A stretch of DNA of 63,772 nucleotides, the filler included, from Sphacelaria rigidula (taxonomy: Eukaryota), in NCBI GenBank assembly GCA_964200075.2. It is 11 parts of 11 records of this genome, joined end to end, with 100 filler letters (N's around TTAATTAATTAA, not from the genome) between each part and the next. Parts side by side here need not be neighbours in the genome. Positions count along the whole stretch, not along the records: positions 34,843 to 40,548 come from CAXNAA020025102.1; positions 40,649 to 46,354 come from CAXNAA020025103.1; positions 46,455 to 52,160 come from CAXNAA020025104.1; 8 more parts are not named here. One strand, 5' to 3'. The notes beneath the pieces were generated by a model that saw nothing but the letters and a program-made list of their open reading frames with translations, had not been told where the DNA came from and ran no database searches. Made by a program: the position numbers and the translations under genes. Shown here piece by piece: positions 36,542 through 49,600 of the stretch. Every line of letters begins with the position of its first letter. Position 1 is the first letter of the stretch.

Positions 36542-36924
36542 TACAAGAAACTATTCTGAGAATCTGGTGATGAGCGTTGAAGCACTTCAGCAGGAGGATA
36601 GGAATTTGACTGGGCAGGATCCACGGTTTGGACCTGGGGTGGAGTCGCAGAGGCGAGGTCGAAATAAGGTTAATCGACACAATGGACTGACTCCGCCGGA
36701 GATGTGGCGTTTGGCGCAGCAGGATCTGTTGCGCACTTCTCGAGTGGGATGTGCATCAGGGGAGCAGCGGCGATTCCAAAAATACCGCCGGGTCCCAAGT
36801 TAGCATGACCCGTAAGAGGGAGGTGTTGTTGTCCCGCCGAGACAAAGGATTTTGTGTCGGCTGGTGCGCCAATACGGGGTAACATGTCGGCAAGATAATG
36901 ACCCGTAAGTGCTGGCATGCCATT

Positions 36925-37547
36925 TCAGCGAACTAGTGCAACTGCTGAAAGTTGAGGATCGTCGGAGAGTGTAATGCCAACGCTACCATTGTTTCGTAGG
37001 TGGTAAACAGCTCCGGTTGCTTGAGTATTCTTCTGGTAGGCCAGGGCGCCGTGGAGAGTACCAAAGTGTTCAAGTTTGAATTCTCCACGAGGCGTGGAAT
37101 GTAGCGATATTGGTGGAAGCGTGCGGTAGGTTCGTTTATTAAACCGCATACAGCTATCTCTGCCCAATATTATGGCGTGGTGCACTGCGCTGTCGGGGAC
37201 AATGTATGCCCAGACAGCCAGGCTGGCACAACGAGTGGTGTTGTAAAAGAACTGCACAGTGAGACGTACGGATTTCGTGTCGTCAGGGGTGCGGCAGAAT
37301 CACCGAAACCGCCCCATACTCGAGGTTGGGTGGTGGTTTCGCAAGCTGCAGTAGCAGCACCAGTCTGTTTCATGTGTTTCCATGTTGATTCTCGAATAAA
37401 TGTTTGCGGGCTGCGGCTGTCCAACAACGATACGCATTTCGTAGGCGTAGTAGCGTTTGGACCAGAGTGGATCGCAACGCCTGTAGTGAAAGTGGGCGGA
37501 TCCACAGACACTTTACCGCCGACAAGATCCGGACAGTGTTTCGGCAA
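36925..37547 (-). pseudogene. Gypsy aspartic protease, frameshifted
   Basis: LLDSRSPQTFI (mutated DSG) and IILGRD. Confidence 0.75.
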
Positions 37548-38414
37548 GGTAAATTGGTCAGGATTAGCAGGGCTGACGGCAAAAACGCACGGTGGGTGAT
37601 CCGCCGGTGGGTCAGATTTCTCTCCAGATAAGAGGTGGATGGTATATTATTTCCGGGTGTGGCACTATCGGAGTGACTATTAGCGATTTCACAAATGATT
37701 GTTTTTGGTGGACAGGGATTGCCGTCAGAGGATGATCCAGATTGTGTGGGGCTGGAGTCGTCGATTGAAGAAGTAGTGACGCCAGAAATATTTGATTTGC
37801 TTTCTACCGTGATACTTGATAGAGCCGTCTAGCTCAAAGTCGTTGCATTGTGGAGAGATTGAGGTCGAGGATTTCCGCTCGAAAGAGGTGTACGTGATGA
37901 TGCGTGCGCGTCCTTGGTGGCATGCTTACGGGGCTTTTTTTTTCGCCGTGACAATGGTCGGGGAACTTTCTAAACATTTTAGGATGATACCACGACTGCG
38001 TCCAGTCGGGTGGATGGGATCAGCATCGGGGCATGACGACGCGAAACTTGTAGGCTGCTTTCCGTAGGCAAGCTTGGCTGGTGGATCATAGCCAAAGGTA
38101 TGTTGGGGTGGTTACTATTAGAACCGACCGAAGGTAGGTCCGTGCGTGTTCAAAATCCCGGGTGAGGGGCTCGATCCGACTGATTGGGAATTACATGATC
38201 CGATGTGGTCAAGTTCAAATCAGCAACACTTGCGTCAGCTGAAAAAGGCTTGCTACTACCTGTGCGTGCGGTCGCTGAGGGAAGCCTTTGCCTCAGGGGC
38301 TGGCGGTTGGTCCTCCCACACCTCAGACTTGTACTCAACACTGAAGGACCAAGTTCAGGGCCGGGTGTAGGTCTTGGGGTGACAAAACTGTCACGCGGTG
38401 TGTGGAGGGATGAA

Positions 38415-38635
38415 GACGGGGGTCGGTTTGAACGACCGTCAGTTGCGCTCCTGCATAGTGCCGGGGGAGCCGGGCTGACAATCCTAGTCGCGGGCTCTGC
38501 GGGCTGTATTGAAAAGTGTGTGGAAGTTGGAGACGAGGGTCGATTTGAACGGCCGTCTGTAACGCTCCTGCATAGTGCCGGGGGAGTCGGGTGAACAATC
38601 TGAGTCACGGGCTCCGCGGGCTGTGTTGAAAAGTC
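38415..38635. repeat. ~118-bp tandem duplication inside the Gypsy element
   Basis: CGCTCCTGCATAGTGCCGGGGGAG at ~38446 and ~38563. Confidence 0.85.
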
Positions 38636-38688
38636 TTCGCTACTGCTGTCGGCGGCGCGGAAGACCGTAGAACGCCGGCGTCGGCACG

Positions 38689-40529
38689 TCATGGGTCTAT
38701 GCGATTCGTAGTGAAGGTACCAGGGTTTTTGGTATTGGGGTTCGAGTTGTGTGTTGGCCCCGTCCGCTGATGTCTATCAGAGGATCGTTTGTTGTCGCGA
38801 GAAGTATGATCATTCTGGCGAGGGCTTGCATTATTGTCGTTCGGTCGGCGACCGCGATGAGAGCTTTTGTGGCCACGTGGATTCGAATTATTACTATACA
38901 ATAATTTTCGATTTGGTGGGCGATAGTCGCGCATGCGGTTTTGCCATCGGCCCCACGCGGGTTCATTGTCCTGCAATTCAGGATTCATGAGATCAAAGGC
39001 ATTGATGCATGGACTGTCGCAGTCACGCATACTCTGGCCTTGAACACCACAGTTGATGCAACTGTTGGCATGACTGCTGAAGACATTGCGTCTAGCAGGA
39101 GACGAAAAAAGTGGGTTGCACGAATGGGGATCATCTGTAATGAATGCCGTTGTTGAAGTCAAATAGACATCATCACAAGTTTCCTCGGAAAACGGCCAAC
39201 CATCAAAACTCGCACTGAATGCATCTCTGTTACTTCGAACATGCATAACTGAACCAGCGGCCGAGTCGGGGGTCCATGAAGCGCGAAATGAACTCGAATT
39301 CCCGCCGCAAGACCCTTGGGCATGAGCGGAAGACACAACCGTAGGTTGTGAACGCAAGGGATGTAGAAGATTTGCCACATATGGCGGGTGTTAGAGTACC
39401 CTCTTGGTATTCAAAAGCAGACCACATAACATCAACACAGGCGTAAGACACCTCGCGATGCGCGAAGACACCCGGAAACAAGGACGGCACCAGAGCCGGA
39501 TACTGTTGAGCAACGCTGTTGCGAACGTAAGTCTGACACATTGCGTCGCTCCGTCCGTCTTGGAGTCCGAAACCCGTAGTACCAGAGACCAAAAGCATAT
39601 ATTCGCGAAGATAATCCGCGAAGGGGACATCCGATGCGACAGCAAAAGAACTCAGCCCCTGGATGGCGATTGCTTGGTCACTTTTGTCAAAATAACCTAT
39701 CAGACGCTTTTCCAGATCAGAGAGCAATACCGGGCCTGTCTTCCCCTTGGGACGATCCAGATTCTTTCGGCGAGGAAGCCGTCGAGGATATGTGTTGAAG
39801 AAGCAGCGATGTCGTGAGAGCGGGCGCTGATGGATCGATGCAATGCTTCATGCAAGGGGGTCTGCCAGCCGTCTACCCAATTGGGATCTTCACAGCGTTG
39901 GACGCTAGTTGCATCCGCCAAGTGAAGGATATTGCAAACTGTACGGCGAATGGATGTGATGAGGGCAGAAGTAAACTGTCCCGAATCTTCGTTTTCCGCA
40001 GCAGGCATGTTTTTGATATGCCAAAGATTTTTCACGTCCATCTGGATATACTGTCTCTGTACTGCAGCTACTCGGGCAGACTCGACTCTATCGGAAGCTG
40101 CTTTTTTAACAGCTTTGGAGCGTTCTTTGTCGGCTGCAGCGGTTGCTAAAGCGCGGGCTGCATTAGAAGACAATGGATGGTCTGGTGTGTCTGAATCAGA
40201 TAAGCCCAAAATGCGACCCGAAACATCGGTAAACTCAGGTATTACTTGCCTGGGTATCGCCGAACTCGACGGGGGCACGTCTGTGCCAGACCGGTTCCAG
40301 CCTGGCGCGGAAGATCCGGAAGAATTTCCTCCTGTTTTCTTCCCGGTCGGTCCGCGGTTATTGTGGACCGGTCGGTTCGGCCCGGAACCGCCCGAGGAGG
40401 ATCCTCCGCCGCCATGGCGGCGGCGTGGGCCTCCTCCACCGTTGTGGTCGTCATCCCGCCGGTGGACCTTCTTCTTGCCTCTAACAACAAATTGTGCGAA
40501 TTGAGGTTTAACTCCGAGATGAAGTTCAA
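38689..40529 (-). pseudogene. Gypsy gag, frameshifted
   Basis: overlapping protein-like ORFs 39700-40278, 39230-39727 and 38689-39378; zinc knuckle CINCGVQGQSMRDC (His replaced by Gln). Confidence 0.75.
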
Positions 40530-40548
40530 GCCTGAAACAGTGCTTTCC

Positions 40549-40648
40549 NNNNNNNNNNNNNNNNNNNNNNNNNNNNNNNNNNNNNNNNNNNNTTAATTAA
40601 TTAANNNNNNNNNNNNNNNNNNNNNNNNNNNNNNNNNNNNNNNNNNNN
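40549..40648. other. artificial contig linker
   Basis: N/TTAATTAATTAA, 100 bp. Confidence 0.99.
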
Positions 40649-41095
40649 ACCTGCTGAACTGCTACAGAAACGTTTTTGGCGAAGATGCTTTCCCTCGGCA
40701 TAACTGTTCGGCACAATAACTGCATTTAGGTTTGCTTCTTGAACCTCATTTTCGTGTTCAACCGCATTTTCGAGGATCATGTGTGATACACGGACTCCCG
40801 CCGTTACTACAGCTGCTAGTGGTGTAGTGAATTGTTGTGATCAATTCATCACAAAGCAGGGAATACCGACCCTACAGATTTCAGTTGCAATTGTCATGAA
40901 GCATTATGTTGTGGTGTCTTCAAATTCAGTGTTGGCTTGAAGGAAGGTCGATCGTGACGGGTGTTGTATGAAGAATACACGTCCTCAATCACTCCGCCAT
41001 ACAATTTAAGCCATATTCCGGCCTGTGGTTTGAGACAACTCATGCAAACAGTTCTGCGGAAAACCACTGATACCAGCATGGAAGTACAACACGCT

Positions 41096-41151
41096 GCGAG
41101 GTCAATGGTCTGATGACTATGGCATGCATGATCATGAGTACACCCATCCCC
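41096..41151 (-). mobile_element. GTACTCA-terminus TIR family, subtype A, solo terminus
   Basis: near-exact reverse complement of 17263-17312. Confidence 0.8.
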
Positions 41152-42601
41152 GCCGACCTCCACCTACCTGCATACAGGATATACTTCTGCACACAGAACG
41201 AGATAGGAAAGCCAGATCTACATCTCTTCGTAGGAAGATCCGAATAGCGCATATTTTCTTCTCGTGCTAGAATTAGCCAGAAGTCTGACTTCAATAAATC
41301 GTGCGGATTCCAGTATAGATACACTCATAAACGTCAAGAGCTTAGATTCCACATTTTGTCCCCAAGTATGGTATCATGCATCTTGAAAAACATGGTTCCT
41401 CTCACGAGGACTTCGTCATGAGTGTCGGCCATATTGTCCGCTTCTCGACGGACCTCGCGGGGATCCGCAGCGAAGCGGCGGTTTGAGCCGATGGTGCGTC
41501 TTCCGTGCATATTTTCTTCCCAAATCCAATACAAAATTTTGTTGGATATAGTGCCTACCGGAAGAAGGTGCTCCTCTCACGAGGGCTAGGCAATATGTAT
41601 CGCCCCTTGCTCCTCTTCTTGAATAAGCTTCGCGATAAATGCTGACAGGATCACTCGCTTCTAGAAAAAAGGTCCCGAGCGGCTTGTATGTGCATGTATC
41701 ATTTCACCTTTTTCACCACTTTTACGGAGTTTTCTCAGGCGGCAAGGCGTCTTATCACGCGGTTTTTTTTGCAGTGCACGAAGAAGGTGCAGTGGTACAT
41801 TACCTTTCAGGTTTTGGTGTCATCTGATACCTGTGGCGCGTGTTCTGGCCATCGAAAGTCGCCCACACTGGCTCTGTTTCGCGGGGTGTCGATCCCGAAC
41901 CACCAAAGCCTCGTCAAGATGATGGAAAACTTCAAACAGGAACCTGAACAACAAAAGCCTGTTCATGGCGGGGTATTTCTTTGCGTTCTCGTTGATTCGG
42001 GAGCACGAAGACAGCGGTTGTGCAGCGAATGTCACGAGAACATGAAAGCAAAGCAGTTGAAAACAATCGAACTTTGCCTTCGCCTTCGTCAGCAGCAAAA
42101 ACGAGACCGTGTAATGAGCCGTTGGCGAGTTGAACAAGGCACACACGTGAGCAAACTTTCTCACGGTGGGTCAGCTGTGCTGGACAAGCGCGGGGGGGTG
42201 ACGAAATCTCTGTGATCATGCAACCCGTAACAGAGAGTTCCCTCAACAGATGCACCTGTGAGGTACCGGCGCAGGAATGTCCTTGTGACAAGGATGCATC
42301 CCTGAACAAGTACTTCGCAGAGGGGACCTAAAGAAATGTACGTGAACAATGGTTGGTACTATGGAGATGCCACCAACCCCAACGCTAACCCTAACACTAA
42401 CATCGACCAAGGCAAAGCGTGCGTTGCGAGAGCTCAAATCGACGCCTTTGAGCCGATTTCGGTCCAGAACACGTTCTGGACGACCTGGTTCTACTGCTCA
42501 CCACTGCTCACCTGCCCTAAATCATGAATTTTCTCATAACTTCTTTCAGACTGAAACCAAGTAAAATTGAGTACCGATCATTGTTTACGTATATTTCTTT
42601 A

Positions 42602-44114
42602 CAGACTGGTTCACGGAAAAAACCCAAATTCTGTCATCAGCAAATGCCTTCTGCAACACGCACCCAATAGTCGCATACATGGTATCATACTGACCGCAAT
42701 GAACCGACTGACAGGGTAAAATAGCCGGATTCTTTTCAGAGGCTACAGCGGTAGCGCTATGGTCAAAAAATTGTCTCGACCAATCAGCGCCTTTCAAACT
42801 GTTCCGAAAATAAAAATACGAATTCCAAGCCCAATTTCCACCGGATCCCCACATGCTTCAAATCGTAGTGACCGTCATCACCTCAAGAATCTGACGGGAG
42901 AAACGGATTAAAAAACGGTTCCAACGGGGTCGAATTATACCCGAAACCGTAATGTTTCGGTGATTTGAAGTTTGGCGTCGTCTAATTTCCACTCATGATA
43001 CGCAGGAAAGACTCAGGGAGCCTCGAGACGATTTCCCTTGTATCTGTTGTAGAAAAGCTCAGATCATACTCAAACTCGGCAGCTCTGTAGGTATTGATGC
43101 TCCAAATGGAAAAATTGTGTCCTTGACAAGGGTCCGAAGTTTCTCCATTATCCACCAGCTTCCGGGGGTCCGGGGGTCCCAGTACAAAGACCCCCGAAAG
43201 GCGATACAAAATGACTCAAAAGAAAAAATAATAACATGATGCGTACCAGGATGGTTCAAGGAACATATGTGCATTTTTTGGTAGAGAAACTCGAAAATCT
43301 TTTACACCTTTTCCTGTCTTGACGTAAAGTTCACCCTAAAATACGTTTTCATACTCAAACCAAGTAGTTAGGAGTTTGCACGTTTCAAGCTCACATCCTC
43401 GCACGTACGCGCAATCTTGACGCATTTATTAGGAGTGAGACCCTGAAACTTTGCACAAATGTGCTATGAATCATGACGCCAATTTCGATCAACGAGGTGT
43501 TTCTGTTTCTTGAATATTCTTCCGTTTTTTGGGGGGTCCGACGGGATCCAAGTCGTTTTTTCGAGATCCTCCATTCTGGGACCCCGGAAAACCGGCACGA
43601 AAGTTTTTTTTTCATTCTCTCGCGAACGCTCTGCCGCCACACACCCAAGGAAGAACCCCACAAAGTTTCGTGACCAAACTCGATTGACTGGTGCTGGAAT
43701 TTCCATGTTCACGTCGAAACAGGCCCTGAAACGCCATTTTCATACCAAAATCTAGTAGTTTTTTGTTTCACCGTGGCACGGCAGGGTTTATCGCACAAAC
43801 GCGAAAAACTTCACGCCGGTTTGAGGAGTTAGACACTGAACGTTTGCACAGGTGTTCTATGGGTCATTACGCAACTTTTCATGAACGATTTTTTTTTAAC
43901 GTTTTACGGGGGTCCGACGGGATCGAAGTTTTCCCGACAAACTGGGACCCCGGAAAAACGGTGAAAAAAGTCAGAAAGTAAATAAAAACTCGTCCTTGTA
44001 GATTTACGTAATGACCCATGGAACACCGGTGCAAATTTTCAGGGTCTAACTCCTTAAAACGGCGTGAAGTTTTGCCGATGAGTGTATTTGGGTTTTTTTC
44101 CGTGAACCAGCCTG
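42602..44114. mobile_element. non-autonomous Tc1/mariner-like element
   Basis: TA|CAGACTGGTTCACGGAAAAAACCCAAAT ... ATTTGGGTTTTTTTCCGTGAACCAGCCTG|TA; internal ~70-bp inverted repeat 43805-43876 / 44001-44073. Confidence 0.8.
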
Positions 44115-44758
44115 TAGGTCTACCAGTGTTGGGTCAAAAAAAAAAAAGTCAAATGTGTGCGGATTTTCGCATACAAGAATGATCGTAAAATTATCAGCTG
44201 GAAACATTCGCAAAGGTAAGTGTAGTCATACGAGTGAGGTGCCCCAGAGGGAGGACCTACGGCCCACGGCACACGAGCGAGGTGCCCCGAAGGAAGGACC
44301 TACGGTCCAACAAGTTACAGATTGAGAACGTCATTGTGTCGCGCGTTCGGTGGTGTGTATGTGTTGCTCGGTACGGGTTCCTTGCGGGCCCCATGGTCCA
44401 ACGATAGGTGGCGACGACGCTTCGCGTTTCAGCGCATCACCACGCCTAGGGCGTTGTATATGGAGTGTGCAATTCGCCTGAAATGTAAGCATCTCAATTG
44501 CTTTCGAAGGAACCGCGAACGGCACGATCGCTTGTATCCATGTCTGGCGGAGCAGCTGATGGATTTGAAATTTGAAACTCCATCATGACCCATACGAAGT
44601 ATATAAAGTGCATGTAAGCTATAATACGCTGATGCAATGTAAGGTCTTCAGACACTACCAGTATCGTGATACTGCGTAACCGCATCTGAGATGCGGCGTA
44701 ACTAGTGCGTACGTCACCGCATCTCATGTTTATTTGGATGCTTTCCTCCGGTAAACTC

Positions 44759-45284
44759 TAGGCTTTTGCTTATTATGCGAGCATATAATTTCGCAAAAAA
44801 CGGGGTTTTGCGCATAAGCATGTGCGAACATATGTTTTTCGAGATTTCAGCATAACAAAGGCAAAAAACCTAAGTTTTATGCATAACTTGGTGCATATAA
44901 TACTCCAACGGGATTATGTACCCCATGTCCAGTAGCTAGTAACTGCCCACGGGTGCTCCATGTGGCGTAGTTTGTTGAGTAGTGACGTTTTTGTTCGTAA
45001 TTTCTTTTTTGAACTTCGTTGCGGGTCTGATATCGGTTACGGTGCTGTATCTGAGCTACTTTATATTCATGTGAAACTGATGAAAAAATAAATGTGTCAT
45101 ATTTCACATCAAACAGAGGAACGCACCAGGAACCGCCTCAAGACGGACGCGAAAAAGGCGCATAAGTCGCGCATATTTCACCATGAAAGGCGTAAGCCGG
45201 CGCATAATGCTTACTTTTGAACATAAATAAAATGGAAAAACGCGCATAAAATAAAATGAAAAACTCATAAGAAGCAAAAGCCTG
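44759..45284. mobile_element. hAT-like MITE
   Basis: TIR TAGGCTTTTGCTTATTATG / CATAAGAAGCAAAAGCCTG; 8-bp TSD GTAAACTC/GTAAATTC (7/8); GCATAA subterminal repeats. Confidence 0.85.
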
Positions 45285-46354
45285 GTAAATTCTCACTTTC
45301 CAGTGCAACTTTGCATGTGGATATCTCGTCTGCGACTGCGCGCTCCATCATGAAACTTTGCACACTCATCGGACACAACACAGACAGTATATGCGCCGCG
45401 CAGTTGGGGCCAAGACTTTCCTACAACATGGCCACAAGCGATTTCGGGGAATGCCGTTCATGCGCCCTCAAATCGGCTATACAGCAGCCCAGACTTTGCG
45501 CACTGCAGGCGGATGCATATATACCCGCGCAGATGCATAAGCTTGGACATGTTGAGCGGCTGGACGGCCGATGCGGTAGCAAACTGGCACCGGTCTGTAC
45601 TGCGGCCCTTTCCGGATCATGACAATCTGTAGTGTACCGATCGGCATACAGTCTGTAGAACTGCCCAGTTCATGGCGCACGGCCCTAAGCGCGCTGCAGC
45701 CGCTGCGAGGCGCTGAAACATCGCTCATAGGCTGTGCAAACCACGGTCAGCAGTTCCAAGTCACTATATCTGGTGCTGTGCGCTGCAGCAGGGCGCACTA
45801 GAGAGCAAAACGATCAGATTTTGTTCCGAAAAAAATATTTTCTTCCGTTTGGCGCAACACTGACTTCACAGGAACATCTCTGCGCCGGTACTTTACAAGT
45901 TAATACCTGTGAGTTTGCCCGCTCCTTCGGTAAGCATACACAGCAGTGCAACTGTGAAGTAACTGTGCAGGGATGTTTCTGGGGGCACTCAACAAGCAAA
46001 GTCGCACACGTAAACAATACAGTAGCTGGGATCAATACATCTGTGCAGTCTAATTAGTACACAAAACAGGGTGCGGTCCTATATGTATACATCATGCTGT
46101 ATACTACAGACACTATATTGCGTTCCCATGCAGCGGGCTTATATTGCAGCAGTCTAGATATTGTGTTCCTATTTCCCAAGAAAATAATAACCCACCCCCA
46201 ACATCATATCAACCATCCAACCAAGTAACCAATTAATCAATTAGTTGCTTTATTTACTGAACTATTAATTCACGTTTATTTATTAAAATATTTATTTGAA
46301 TATTTAATGAATTATTTCACGGTTAGGACAAATAATGATTCGTCAGGAAATTAC

Positions 46355-46454
46355 NNNNNNNNNNNNNNNNNNNNNNNNNNNNNNNNNNNNNNNNNNNNTT
46401 AATTAATTAANNNNNNNNNNNNNNNNNNNNNNNNNNNNNNNNNNNNNNNNNNNN
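46355..46454. other. artificial contig linker
   Basis: N/TTAATTAATTAA, 100 bp. Confidence 0.99.
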
Positions 46455-46474
46455 GAGCTCCCCATTGGCTTGCC

Positions 46475-46612
46475 TCAAAAACCCATCTGCGCTCTTCTTA
46501 TGTCATCCAGGAGACGCTTCGTGCCGACGGTGTCTTCGTGATCCTCCCCCAGCGCTCTTCTGCGAATTGCCAAGGCTGTCTCACAGAGCGCCGCGCTCTC
46601 GTTGTACTTTCC
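46475..46612 (-). CDS. terminal single-TPR exon (NB-ARC-TPR / kinesin-light-chain-like TPR family)
   Basis: tttag|GGA AAG TAC...TGA, phase 0: GKYNESAALCETALAIRRRALGEDHEDTVGTKRLLDDIRRAQMGF*, matching GKYxEAxxLxxRALAIxxxxLGxDHPD; absent from the ORF track. Confidence 0.8.
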   Translation of the reverse strand, partial: GKYNESAALCETALAIRRRALGEDHEDTVGTKRLLDDIRRAQMGF

Positions 46613-49600
46613 CTAAACGCGTTCGGGGGGCACGCCAATTTACGCAACAGGCAAGCAGCAGACATGCACAGGAGTAGGTCAATACTCTGCCAACTCTTCT
46701 CCATAGTATATACACCCTGCAACATTCGTTGCGCCTAAAACAAGACTTGGAGGACCGGAGGGTAGCGGGATGTGCGATTTACGGAGAGGGACAGAACGTC
46801 ACCTTTACCCTACGTCAAGTGGGAAGGCAACGTAGGGTGTAAGGGGTTGGCAGTCACGGCCGAACATTCCAGTACAGACTGGAGCAAGGCACGGGGATAG
46901 CAGTGTAGCGAGGTGGGGGAAGACGTAGCGGGGTACAAACCGTACTGTTAGTGCGCGTGGTCATACCAGAGCTTAGTTGGGCACAGGAGGGGGTCAATAC
47001 CCGGACCTCTGCCCACAACTCAACACATCGGCGAAGCATGAGGTCAGCGGCCAGCTTTAACAGTGGAACAGGGGTCAGCCTATTGGCAAGTATGGGTAGC
47101 ATCGTTGGGGGCTGAGGGTGTGCCTCGCGCGTCGTCAAGGAGAGCGTGAAGCGGTCGCCAATGTGTAAAGCTCAGATGCCACTTCGATTGAATCTATCCG
47201 CGTGCCGCAGTGGTGCAGGCAGGGGGCTGCCTGTTATTGGCATAATCAAGTTTCTCCCCGCCAACCAAGGGGCAGGCAGCGTGGGGAGAAAGCGGGCCGT
47301 AGTCTGCCTCCAAGCTCCCGCATGGTGCTTGTTTATCGCGGTGTGAAAGGGAGACACCGGCGTCGAACAAGAACAGCGGAGTCGCAGGGGCGCTTTTGGC
47401 AGCGGTGTTCGGCAGCTTTGCCAGGGCTATGACGGGGCGGGGGCTATATCACGGGACGGGCTCCGCGATGCGAGGCTAGGCACTTCGTCAAACGGGCAGC
47501 CGACTTTCGGCGGGAGGGAGGCGAGCCATGGAGCACGGACGAGCGCGATAGAGCTCGGTCGGTGGGACACGCCGGTATCTCGGCAGCAAGATCGATGTCG
47601 TACACAGCGCACTATTGGGGAGTGTACGCTGTTCGCGGGGTGGACGAAAACGGCAATTTGTGAACCACGAACGCGCAAAATCGCCACACATTTATAACAG
47701 CCCCACCGATGATTCAGCGGGAAAGATGCTGTGATGGCGATGAGTACATGTACCTTGACCAACTCTGGCGAGCATGCGCAACCTAACGAAACAAGCAATA
47801 TACCGAGGGAGCTGGCTATGTAACATCACACTGAGTTTAGGAGTATTTCACTTGTATTGAAGACATGAATGCCGACAGTAACAAATCGTACCATGAGATC
47901 GATACAAGTGGTTCTACGAGCAGACGCTACAACAAATACAGCACTGTCGACGAAGTCCCTAGGTGAAGCGCAGTTTAATACACGTATACTTGGTATCTGA
48001 TAAACGAGCCACAAATCGGCCGAACAAAAAGTACGATCAATTCCGTATGACAATGAACTTGATCTGCAGACAAAACCTAATGACCCTGACGCATCTGACA
48101 TACTAGCCCACTTGCGGTTTGGTTTGGTGTCCCTCAGCATGAAAAATTTAAAAAAGTAAGTCTAGAAAAGGTGTACCTGCGTGTTTTTCGCTAAAACAAA
48201 TCTCGTAATTTTTGATCAAAAACATGAAATTGGAAAACACGCGCCACTAACGCTATTTTCCGTTGGGGGTTTAGAGGCACATCAATCGGGAATATATGTT
48301 GCATCCGTGCCTCAGTAAGAGCGGAAAAATACGCATTTTTGCGTCATATACCGCCATGCGCGAAAGAAGCGCTCGTAGATCAAACCCACCTTACCCTGGT
48401 TACGCTAGATGTCAAGAGAATGTTTACTCCGGAGTATTACGTGGCGACTCTTTCCCCCGAGTCCTCTTTTCCGGACTCCCCTGCCCATCGTTTCTAGGTG
48501 GACGCGGACTGCCTGCAGCATATTACGCCGTCGGTGCGTGCGCTACCCAAACCTCCAGCAACAGAACCATGACACCCACAGAATCGAGTCTTTACCAACG
48601 TCTCCGCCGTTCACCAAACGCAACGACGCTCCAAAAATCTATACTTGGGAAATGGGGTGACGGGCTCAAATATCGGGATGGGCTGGGACGCCAATTTCCA
48701 GGCGATGCCTTGCTCAAGGCTTCACTGGGGGAGGGGGGGAATCCTGTCGAACAGAATAATGCGCGCACGTGTATTTCACCAAGTTCGGCGGGTCCATGTC
48801 CATCATGACTGCCGAGGTAGATGGTAAAGCAGAATATAGACAGGATATTTTCGACACACATGAACAAAAACTTCCTCTGTCCCATAGGCCTGCCTGGGTA
48901 TGGGTGTTTGGTCGTTCCAGTGATATTGCTATAACAACCGGGTACATTTGAAAGATGAAACGAAGATGATGCTACTGCAAAATACTGCTTAGAGTGCATA
49001 TTTTCGTATACATTAATTGAGTCACAACATAGTCAATTTTGGTCATTTCCGAAATTTTTTTGATGATACTATTTCCCGGGACGCTCTACAATCAAGTTTC
49101 AGTGACGGTGAGGACGACGACACGTATTTCTGCTGCTGGAACTTTGGTCGAAATACGGCCATTTTCATTCGGGCTGATTTCTTGCGGCCATTCGGCCGTA
49201 TCGAGACAAGCAGCAATTGCCAAAAGAAAACGGGCTTGGCTGACAATTTGCCAGACGATGCAACGAAAAAAACAGAGTAAATATAGGACACCGTTAAGTC
49301 CCCGTACAAACACAACAAATCAGACTTATGGGACGGAGAAACTATATATAAATAAATATGTAGACGATGCCCTCGGGGTGGGGATCTCCGTCCGACTGTG
49401 GAGTAATTCGGGTTCAGCCGCCGCCTTTTCACATAACGACTGTGCTCCAGAGACGGCAAAGGTTGCACCTGATGCGGGGGACACACCGGCTCAAGTTGCT
49501 TACGATCGAAGGGCCGACGTCGAAAGATATGGCCGTTCCTGTTTCAGATGATACGACAGCAGCGACGATATGTTGGACAGCAAGGTCTTATACGACATTA

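Larger units (their letters stand above)
35040..40530 (-). mobile_element. decayed Ty3/Gypsy LTR retrotransposon internal region (gag-PR-RT-RNase H)
   Basis: domain order gag, PR, RT, RH; multiple frameshifts and stops; no LTR or integrase within the contig. Confidence 0.92.

Noticed and set aside
42377..42402. Telomeric (CCCTAA)n tract
   Set aside because: Only about four degenerate units, internal to a contig
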